From Octopus bimaculoides (taxonomy: Eukaryota), in the NCBI RefSeq assembly GCF_001194135.2, contig NC_068982.1:97650631-97697969 (forward strand): a DNA stretch of 47,339 bases. The letters run 5' to 3'. Below are positions 37,717 through 47,339 of this stretch, in pieces (position 1 is the stretch's first letter; every line of letters begins with the position of its first letter). A program made the translations under genes and the position numbers. Under the pieces are notes generated by a model, which saw only the letters and a list, made by a program, of their open reading frames with translations, had not been told where the DNA came from and did not search any database.

Positions 37717-38010
37717 GAACAACAAACACAAAAGCAACAACGCGAGGACGTGATACATGTAAATTATTAGCAGACGCTCGGGGAAGAAAACAAAGATGGT
37801 TTAACGTTTCGAGCAACGCTCTTCTTCAGAAACAGAGCAAAGTCCAATAGAAAGGAAGACGAAGGAAGAAAATCGCCAACGATTAGGTGTTGTTGGTGAC
37901 GAAAAAAAAAGGAAAAGAGAAAGAGAGAAGGGAAGGAGAGTGGAAGTAGAAGAGAAGATTGGTTGAAGGAAGACGAGTTAAAGAGGAAGAGTCACGGAAC
38001 GGTGCAAATA
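37717..38010 (-). mobile_element. Non-coding PLE pLTR-like repeat carrying a hammerhead
   Basis: On the minus strand: pyrimidine-rich leader, hammerhead, then ttccccgagcgt..ctaata as in the 8790-9010 repeat. Confidence 0.55.
37799..37833 (-). ncRNA. Minimal type I hammerhead ribozyme motif, intact core
   Basis: The minus strand reads GTTT CTGAAGA A GAGC GTT GCTC GAAA CG T T AAAC. This gives a 4-bp stem I, full CUGANGA/GAAA core, 4-bp stem II, palindromic ACGT and a GUU cleavage triplet. Confidence 0.8.
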
Positions 38011-41000
38011 ATTCACGATTAAGAAAAATATAATTCACGAGAAAATATTTGTGACACCATTGATTCTATTATTATCTAGTGTAACAATTTAAAAATGATA
38101 ACAGAATCAATAATATAGGCGATCGCAGGCCCCAAAAAGCATTAAATAGCTGAAAGTTTAAAATTAATCAAACAACTTACTAAGTATGTATATCTGTTGG
38201 AAATAACAGTCAAAACTCTTCTTTAAATCGGCAAAATATTTTGGCGATTTAAATGAGAATTTTGACAGTTATTTCCAGCGAGTAGACATACGTAGTATAT
38301 CGTTTGATTAATTTTGACATATATATATATCACTGGGATAATTCACTATATGATAAAAGGTTACATAATTAGTACTTTGAAGCATGCAAAAAATTAAATA
38401 AGTGCCTTGAATAAAATGAAGGCACATCTCACGGTTCGCCGAAAGCATCCATTGTTGTATAGGCTTGTGTGTTTTAAAGTGGACCAGTGTATTTAAAAAG
38501 AACTTAGTAGGATTATTAAAAACCCCAAATATACTTTGTCAAACGCGTGGATGAATTTTGTGGGGGTATCATGCCGGGAAAATGTGTTTTAAACTTATTT
38601 TTTGCCGATCATTTATGCGCACTGAACCTAGAATAGTGATACACTATGCTTTTAGTAAAGCAATTTTCGCTAAAGTTACAATTGTTATGATCCATGTTTA
38701 CCTTCGGGATTTTGTAAAGAAAATATCTAGCTATGTGGTTTTTTAAGGCCTATAGCTATTTGAATTGCATTATAAGATTTTGTTAGCTCTATTTTAATGT
38801 AATTAGACAGTGGCGTTTGCTATACATTGCATTTTCTCTTGGAGCCTTATTGTGGGGCGCCTCATTATAGCAATGAATTGCAATATTAAACTCATTTGCG
38901 GATAATGAGAAGATGCACTTACATGTGTTAAAAACTAAATTTTGAAGAATATTTCACAAGTGATTAGAATCCTAATTAACATAAAATTTCTTATTTGGTT
39001 TCTGGCATGGACTAAACCTTTTTGTTTTTAAATTTAATGTAATATCTAAAAAAGAGAATTATTAGCGTTAACTGTAACCTCTAACCTTTTAGTTTATGAC
39101 GGTTCGTATGTCACGATTCTAAAAGTACGTTTTCTCTGTAAAGTCCATGCTAAGAAATTCTGTGTTCAGACAGTCTAAATTCAATAAGCATACATTATTT
39201 ACCCTTATCAATACAACTATGGGACATCAAACAACACGTCACTAGTTTTCTTAAATCAAGCTAAATTACCAAAAGTTAACAGGAATGTACTAGAGTGCAT
39301 AATAATATCAATGTTAAATTCAGTTATGGGCATCAGGATTTTAGCAAAAGTCGAAAGTAGTTTTGATAGAGCGGGATAACAGTTAATAATATTGTACTAA
39401 GCTTACCATTTAGTTTATTTATAACGTTATTAGATCATTTCATGACCCTCATCCGATAAAGGGTGTACTCAAGCATTGTTTTTTTTTAATTTTAAGTATA
39501 ACCAAGTTTAGAATATGTTTGCTAACCTGTCCTCTCCTCGTTTTAGCTGGAGTAATAAATTATATTTAGGGTTACTCTGAAAAGTTGGTCATGCTCCTTA
39601 AGAGTCAGATATTATATTGGCATTGATGCTAATATAATTTTTGTAAATATTAGTGATGTTATTGGATAGAAGTCTGTTGTATCTGCTTTTATCTACGCAA
39701 CAGTGCTATCCAGTGTGGCAGAGATTTTTGTTTTGGAATCACGTTAGATAATTAAGTTTTGTTCAAGAAGCTTTGAAAGCCGTTATAGATCTTCCTAAGT
39801 TTAATTCGTTTTACCAGATTAAAGAAATATGCTTCTAACAGCACTAGAGCTTTAATAACTGCAGATTGTTTTTTTTTTCTGGATTTAAATCCGAATTTAT
39901 CATCCATGTTATCTACCAGTGCGACTTTGTTAAAAAAATAATAATAAAAAGAACACCAGCTCATTTCTTTTATGAAATCTGAAATCTTCGGCTTTCTCGA
40001 TTTTTCAATTTAACTTGTAAATATTATTTAAGTTTATTATGAAAAATCTTTCCAAGTTTTGCTTTATTTTATTACTATAATCCTAACATCAAAAACAAGA
40101 AACTCCGAGAAACTATTTATCAATAACATATGATATATTGCTCTACATTTGTTCCCGAGTACTCTAAACAACTCCTCTTATGTCCATATATGTATGTGTA
40201 AATGTATGTAAGTGTATATTTGTTCTATATGTTATATATTCATTCTTTTTCAGAGAGAGAAAAACTATCCTTCCTTCACATGCTAATTAAAACCTTGGAT
40301 ATACAATTATTAATATATTTATCTAAATTGATAGATGTAAGTATAAGTTGAAATTGTATTTTCTTTTTCTGTCCAACTCTGCATGCTGACGTTGTACTGT
40401 GTTGCTATCCGGAAAAAAAAACTACCTTCTATCTACTGTCCTTGAGTATTCAGAAGGATTAATCATTGATTAGTGACAAAACTTGTTTAATATTTTCTAT
40501 GACTTGTAGACAACACTACCGTATAGAAGTAAATCAGTTGAGACATAAGAAACAAACAATTGCCCGCATCAGTAAATAGTTACAGCAAAAAGTTAGCGAA
40601 ATGCAAAAAAATATCTTTACCTTCATTTCAGAGGAAAATAATTAATGTCACTTTGCGAATTTTTTCTGTTGTATTTGTGATCTGGCAAAGCAATGCACAG
40701 GTTGAAGTATGTAACGGGTAACGCAACAGATGATGAATAGCAAAACATTTTTTCTGTAAGCTGATCACTTGTTACATAATCAACATTTCATAACAGAATT
40801 ATAGTTTTGCATAAGTTTGTTTTGTCTGAATTTTAAATGATTTATTATATTCCATTTGTCAATGGAATTCACATACATCTTTCGTTGAATAGTAAAATTC
40901 AAGGTATAAGACAATTCGGAGCATTTTAATTACTGTTGGGATTATTGTTGCCGACTATCCCTAGTTCCACCCTGCATAGGCAGAACTACACACAAAGTCT

Positions 41001-41051
41001 TTCCAGACACGGCCATCTAACCCCATTGTTGCAGCTGATCTAAGATTTCCA

Positions 41052-41932
41052 TGAGGTGCATTCCAAAAGTTTTGAAACTTTTCTGGGAGAGGCAGTTACG
41101 TCTGTCTTATATTGTTGTAATCTTAATATATCATTACTATACATTTGATGAGCTGACCTCTCGAATTCTGTTAATCCAGATTGAAAGAAACGGCTTTAAC
41201 AGCACTTTGAACACGTCCTGTTAAACACTGCTTGTCGCAGCTGACTAGTTTGCGGGTAGAAGCTGGGACTTGAAGACAATTTCGAAGCTTGCTATGCAAT
41301 GACGTTTTGTGTTAAACTGTGCAAAAGTGCTACAGAATCATAGGATATGCTCCAGATTTCCTATTTGTAGGAGTCGAGCATCTAGTTCTTCGCTGGCACA
41401 AGAGTGCAAGTAAAGCAAATCCTCCAGGAGGTTCATGATAATCCTCTTTTTCGACAGCAAGAGCATCATCTACATCCACTAAGTCTTCTCTAGCTAGATG
41501 ATCAATATTGAGTACTTTGTGAAGGTTATGAGGGAGTTGAGGAAGAGAATTCGTCGCAAATGTACAGAGCACCTGCATCAGGACAGTATACTAGTCCACA
41601 GTTCCATCCTGGTAATCGATTATTTGACAGAGATGGGCATCATAATATCCCTCACCCGTTCTACAATCCAGACCTTGCTCCCTGTGACTGGTTGTTCCCC
41701 AAGCTGAATGGAAAAATGAAAGAAGCTGACAAGAGTCCTGAGCACCATCAACTTGGAGGACTTCTATGGGGCTTTCCCGAAGTGGTTGGAGCACTACAAC
41801 AGGTGCATTGAGGTTAGAGATCCTTACTTTGAAGTTGATTAGAATTTTGCACTTCTTTGAAATTACTAAACTTCTTTGAAATTATTAAACTTCTCTCATG
41901 AAAAATCTCAAAACTTCAGGAATGCACCAGAA
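41052..41932 (+). mobile_element. Mariner family 2, internally deleted copy with both TIRs
   Basis: TIRs ggtgcattccaaaagttttga and tcaaaacttcaggaatgcacc. Remnants CYAMTFCVKLCKSATE, MIILFFDSK, LHQD, HPFYNPDLAPCDW and KWLEHYNRCIE. The 5' region aligns with 23200-23480 (minus). Confidence 0.88.
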
Positions 41933-42578
41933 TCCATCAGATGAATGAAAAACAAAAGACTGCGATTTGGTCTGAAATTGTTTTAACCGATTTTGTATCC
42001 TACTCAATAAATAGAAATCGTTGTGGGCATAACGGCTATAGTATAATTAGCGTTTCCACGTGGCTTATTACATTCAAAATTGGGAGTTCAAATTCTACCC
42101 CTGCATCGCAAAGCTTATGGGAACTTTATTGTTCGATATTTTCTCCATTTTAACTTATGTTTGTAAACTCATCGATGACCGAGAATATTTTGGTTGTTTC
42201 ACATGTTGCTTAAAATAAATTCGGTAATCTACTGCATAAATAGAAAATTTTTACATATGATTTTTATTCTGTTAATTACCTTGAAAATCTAAGCATTCTG
42301 TAGGTTACATAAGTACTATGTGCAATACCTTAGTTTCATGCAATGCAGATAATCAGTAATAGTTTTCATAAAGCTGAGAAACGTTATCTATAATCTTATC
42401 GGTTATTTGATATATTCTTCTTCGATCTGACGCTTATTTCTCCTTTATTTTTCATATCTTATCTCGTATCTCATTTAAAAATTACTTTGTCGTTTGAAAG
42501 TTTATCATTTGGTGGTGCATGTACATACACACATACATACATACGTACGTACATACACACACGCACGCGCGCACACAG

Positions 42579-42633
<55 letters not shown>

Positions 42634-43450
42634 CCAAATTCCAGTGCACCTACGTCATAGAATTGCGCGCATGTGGCATTCACTTCCTAACTGCTTCTTT
42701 TCGAGTGTAATAAATCGTATGGTGTTCTAATAAATGGCTACGTTGTGCTTATAACCACATTATACATAACTATAGAAATAAATGTGCACATATGTGTATA
42801 TGCACATGCATACGCGCGCGCGCAACCACATACACGCACGTACACATTCACGCACATATACTACAATACATATATGTGTCGATTTATGTATGTTTATATA
42901 TATATATATATATATACATATAATAATATTAGGGATAAAATCCAAAATGACAGGTAAAAACTCAATTAAAATCAATTTATAAAAAATTAAAATTAAATTG
43001 AGCTTTATAGATAAAATATATAAAATATATAGTTTTAGGGAAAATAACCAAGTTTCAAGAACTCATCGATGAAAATCTACTATCACATATAGAAAAATTA
43101 ATACTGAAAAGCACAATAAATGAGTATAATATAAAGTAAAGTAAATATCATAAGATAAATATAATATATATGTATGTTTGTTTATATGTGTGAATATATA
43201 TATGCATATACACATATATATATACATACATATATATAGATATATATATTATATGTATTTATTTTCTCTAAGTTAATAATTAACTCGGACAAAATAAATT
43301 GGTTAATAGATACCAGGGTAGCAAAGATCACAAAATGACTGTGGTGTAACTCCTGTTTATGAGGTAGAAACTCCTTGTTATTTTGGGTACTTGAGTAAAT
43401 ATATAAATTTAGTAAATGGAGTAAAACGCATATTTTAAATGAATTCTTTT

Positions 43451-43540
43451 ATTTCCAACATATGTTTCGAAGATTACAAATTATACCTTCCATAGGGATA
43501 GGTGATGTTGAAAAGGATATAATCTTCTCTTCAGGGAAAT
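43451..43540 (-). ncRNA. Type I hammerhead ribozyme motif with extended stem II
   Basis: The minus strand reads ATTTCC CTGAAGA GAAGATTA [43 nt] TAATCTTC GAAA C ATAT G T T GGAAAT. This gives a perfect 6-bp stem I, canonical core, perfect 8-bp stem II closed by G10.1-C11.1, and stem III within palindrome ACATATGT. Predicted cleavage is after GUU, between 43457 and 43456. Confidence 0.85.
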
Positions 43541-43557
43541 ACATAGGAACCAGCTTA

Positions 43558-43602
43558 ACCGTAAGACATTTTAACCGAATATCGGTTAAAATGTCTTACG
43601 GT
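43558..43602. repeat. Perfect 21-bp inverted repeat with 3-nt loop
   Basis: accgtaagacattttaaccga-ata-tcggttaaaatgtcttacggt. Confidence 0.95.
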
Positions 43603-44454
43603 ATATAAATACACACATGTATATGAATATAAGACCTGTTTTACGACGGAAAAAGAATACATGCATTTCATAAGCATGGTACGTCAGCATTAGAACACTC
43701 GTACTTAAGCTGAGTTTAGGTAAGATATTTCTTATGTTTGGTAATCAACACTGTGATGAAATGGTTGAGTTGTGTCGATGAATAGAACACAAATACCGTT
43801 GAAATTTAAAATGCAAAAATATTTATTTTTATCGCTGGGAAATTGTATTTTGCCGTTACTACCAACGAAAGCGAAAAGATGTTTACACTATCTTCATTTG
43901 AAGTTTGTATGAGATGCTGCTGTCGAAGATAATAGTAGCTAACCTCGTTTGAGTTTAGTAGGTAACTGGTTTAGCTGCGTCGTCCTCGTCCATTGCTATT
44001 GATTTCACGGTCAAGCGTATCATGTATCACTACTTCTCACGGGTTCTACTGGCTAGTGGCTAAAACACACAAAATATGCAGCTGACGTGCTTATCAGAAA
44101 AAAGGCGCCAATGATTAAGCTGTTTAATAAGATCCTATTTACGAGACATTTGAGTGGTCAGTTCCTTAATGACAACATCAATAATTGAGATAATCATTCA
44201 TGTTGTTTTTGTATCAGATACAGTAATCCGTCTTCAATCTCTAGGTGTTTTGAGACTGCTAAATATTCCTGATACAAGCTTATTCTTTCATCAGTACATG
44301 ATTCAGCTGCTTGTTTTATAAACATATCATAAGGATGTGTAGACTTGATATCGACTCTCTGTGTGTTAATTAAACAGTTATTTTAAATCTAGCATATGTT
44401 TGTAAAATATGGTTGTAGCTTTCATTTCTCTATAGTTGTTTCCATTTTCACTGG

Positions 44455-44542
44455 ATGGTGATAATGATGGTGATGACGGTGGTGGTGGTGGTGGTGGTGG
44501 TGGTGATGATGATGACGACGACATCGATGATGTTGATGATGG

Positions 44543-44592
<50 letters not shown>

Positions 44593-44622
44593 GTGATGGT
44601 GATGATGATTATGATTATGATG
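44455..44622. repeat. (GGT)n/(GAT)n trinucleotide cluster
   Basis: Read directly from sequence; source of the poly-H/D/G ORFs. Confidence 0.95.
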
Positions 44623-44759
44623 AACCACTAGAGGCACAAGAATTTCAATGAGAAGCGGTGGAGGAAGCATTACTGTAAAAACGTACAAGAAATAAGTAGA
44701 AGCGAGAGTTCTTTCAATGTGACGAAGCTTAAGAAGAAATGAGCCGAGCAGATGACACA

Positions 44760-44921
44760 AGAAGAAGAAGGAGGAGGAGGAGGAGGAGGAGAAGAAGAAG
44801 AAGAAGAAGAAGAAGAAGAAGAAGAAGAAGAAGAAGAAGAAGAAGAAGAAAAAGAAGAAGAAGAAGAAGAAGAAGAAGAAGAAGAAGAAGAAGAAGAAGA
44901 AGAAGAAGAAGAAGAAGAAGA
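44760..44921. repeat. (GGA)n/(GAA)n trinucleotide tract
   Basis: Read directly from sequence; source of the poly-E/R/L ORFs. Confidence 0.95.
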
Positions 44922-45364
44922 AATAAGTACAGCTGTAAGAATAGAAAAAAAGAACTGTAAAAGAAGAAAAAAGGCTTTTTAGATGGCAATATCTAAGATG
45001 AAAGGAATCAAAATTTATTCTAGAAATTCAAACAATATCGATATAAGCAATTCGAAAGAAAGGGGAAAAAACCCCACCTATTATTGAACATGTGACGTGC
45101 ATGATGTTGCATGTATATAAGACATTATGCAATAACACTTATGTAAGTTTAGCACTTAATATAACCGTGAACATCTACACATAAACACGCACGCACAAAC
45201 ATGCATGCATGCAAAAAAATAAACGAATGATAATGCAAGACTTTGAGCATCGGTCTGTAAGAAACAGATATTTATGTAAACATCTACTGATATACGCACA
45301 CAGATACACAAAACACATACATACACACACAAACACACACACACACGTATCCATCAGTACATAC

Positions 45365-45424
<60 letters not shown>

Positions 45425-45500
45425 CACTTCCCGAGCGTTAAACTAATACATCTTTTTGTTGTTTATACAACCCGTCTTTGTCTTTTTTTTTTTGTAAATT
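45425..45500 (+). repeat. 3' fragment of the hammerhead-bearing repeat family (hammerhead itself absent)
   Basis: cttcccgagcgttaaactaataca matches 8968-8990. Confidence 0.65.
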
Positions 45501-46499
45501 CCAACTAAATATATATATGTAAGTATGTATGTATATATATGTACTTACATATAAGAGACCAAGTATGTATGTATCTATCATTCTATATATGTGTATAAAG
45601 AAAATAGAGAATTGGAAATTGTTACATATATCTCCATTTTCTATTTTTATACACACACACATACACACACAAACNNNNNNNNNNNNNNNNNNNNNNNNNN
45701 NNNNNNNNNNNNNNNNNNNNNNNNNNNNNNNNNNNNNNNNNNNNNNNNNNNNNNNNNNNNNNNNNNNNNNNNNNNNNNNNNNNNNNNNNNNNNNNNNNNN
45801 NNNNNNNNNNNNNNNNNNNNNNNNNNNNNNNNNNNNNNNNNNNNNNNNNNNNNNNNNNNNNNNNNNNNNNNNNNNNNNNNNNNNNNNNNNNNNNNNNNNN
45901 NNNNNNNNNNNNNNNNNNNNNNNNNNNNNNNNNNNNNNNNNNNNNNNNNNNNNNNNNNNNNNNNNNNNNNNNNNNNNNNNNNNNNNNNNNNNNNNNNNNN
46001 NNNNNNNNNNNNNNNNNNNNNNNNNNNNNNNNNNNNNNNNNNNNNNNNNNNNNNNNNNNNNNNNNNNNNNNNNNNNNNNNNNNNNNNNNNNNNNNNNNNN
46101 NNNNNNNNNNNNNNNNNNNNNNNNNNNNNNNNNNNNNNNNNNNNNNNNNNNNNNNNNNNNNNNNNNNNNNNNNNNNNNNNNNNNNNNNNNNNNNNNNNNN
46201 NNNNNNNNNNNNNNNNNNNNNNNNNNNNNNNNNNNNNNNNNNNNNNNNNNNNNNNNNNNNNNNNNNNNNNNNNNNNNNNNNNNNNNNNNNNNNNNNNNNN
46301 NNNNNNNNNNNNNNNNNNNNNNNNNNNNNNNNNNNNNNNNNNNNNNNNNNNNNNNNNNNNNNNNNNNNNNNNNNNNNNNNNNNNNNNNNNNNNNNNNNNN
46401 NNNNNNNNNNNNNNNNNNNNNATATATATATATATATACGTACGTACATACATACATGCATACATATATATATGTATATGTGTATGTGTGTGCGTGTAG

Positions 46500-47296
46500 A
46501 GGTGAGTGGGCAAAGTAAAACACCTGACATAGAAATCCTTGCAAAGGCAGTATGCACAAGCAATGAGTCACTCATCATATCCATTCCTATAAGTCGGGTA
46601 GGCCATGTTGTACGTATGGAAAATGACAGTTTTTCTATGCAGTTGTTCCGCAGTGAGCTGCGCATAGGAAAGCGTCCTCGGCACAAACCAAGGAAAAAGT
46701 ACAATTGCTGTATAAAAGGTAATCTAGAACTTCGAACAGTTACAAAGAACTGACAAGATTTTGCTTTGGAAAGAGCTGAATGGAGGAAACATATATTAGG
46801 TAACGTAGTGAAACTTTTGAAGATGGTCACCTTGCGCAGGAAAGGGTAAAGCGTTGGCTTCGGAAAGACTCATCAGAACCTCAATGGATTTATAAAGCGA
46901 TGGATGTTTGTGACGTGTGGCCGTGTATGCTTTTGTAAAACTGGGTATGTCTACTATTTGAATTCCTATGAAAGACCAATTGTATGTAACGGCGTCTCTC
47001 TTAAACCAGGTAATTCAACGTGTGTAATACGTTGAAAATTTTGCAAATCGATTTTAGGTCTGAAAAGTCATATGGCACTACACAAGCATCATATTCCACA
47101 AAGTGACCCGAACAGTTCAGTTAATTTACAACTTACGTCAGTCACTCGTGCATCAAATTATGCAGATCTGCAGCGAGATCTGCACCGAGATCTCAGTCAT
47201 CTGAGAGGCCATAGACGTAAAGTCAGAAATGATACTGAATACGAAGAAGAATAATGAGACGGTAATCATCAGTGAAGATGAAGTTAACACCACATT

Positions 47297-47300
<4 letters not shown>
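46500..47300 (+). mobile_element. RTE-clade LINE, 3' fragment, with two decayed C2H2 zinc-finger remnants
   Basis: KTPDIEILAKA...GHVVRM...QLFRSELRIGKRPRHKPRKKY...ALERAEWRK...FE...KRWLRK is the RTE/BovB C-terminal pattern. It is followed by CDV(C)GRVCFCKTG (about 46905-46965) and CVIR*KFCKSILGLKSHMALH (about 47018-47083), and ends in (TA)n. Confidence 0.82.

Positions 47301-47339
<39 letters not shown>

Noticed and set aside
38780-38930. Stretch with TAATTA/CATTAT-type motifs resembling a conserved non-coding element
   Set aside because: Conservation cannot be judged from one sequence.
39200-39965. Minus-strand KFGFKS and FYPITSL, faintly RT-like
   Set aside because: The motifs are in the wrong order for an RT and no core motif is seen.
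44422-44989. Poly-His, poly-Asp and poly-Glu ORFs as a low-complexity protein
   Set aside because: All frames on both strands are open only because of trinucleotide repeats. No unique coding sequence or splice context.
2887-46830. Long ORFs spanning N-runs or made of YI/CV/HT/poly-E/K/R/L/H repeats
   Set aside because: They are translations of assembly gaps and microsatellites, not genes.
46855-46876. Minus-strand CTGATGA-GTC...GAAG
   Set aside because: Lies in the RTE coding remnant and lacks GAAA and paired stems.

Overview
AT-rich, microsatellite-dense eukaryotic DNA from a draft assembly. There are 13 N-gaps totalling about 5 kb, most flanked by (TA)n, (CA)n or (CATA)n. I could not support any intact host gene. 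Nearly all ORFs in the supplied track are microsatellite or gap artefacts, and the real coding signal is all decayed transposon. The SINE and microsatellite make-up looks like an octopod cephalopod genome (inference from memory, not a database search). Retroelements: three tRNA-headed SINE families in about 12 copies or fragments; a 5'-truncated restriction-like-endonuclease LINE of R4/Dong type bounded by (AAT)n; the 3' end of an RTE LINE; and Penelope-type GIY-YIG remnants. DNA transposons: one full-length dead DD34D mariner, two copies of a second mariner family with largely complementary deletions, a decayed Chapaev-like transposase, and a TTAA-flanked long-TIR non-autonomous element with Kolobok-type ends. 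The most striking unannotated signal is a set of minimal type I hammerhead ribozyme motifs. Three have an intact catalytic core (26181-26224 +, 37799-37833 -, 43451-43540 -), one carries a core variant (8921-8956 +) and one is degenerate (about 2851-2890). The 43.5 kb motif has an unusually long stem II and lies 17 nt from a perfect 21-bp hairpin. A young, near-perfect 460-bp foldback (15248-15708) and several closely spaced inverted SINE pairs are also present.
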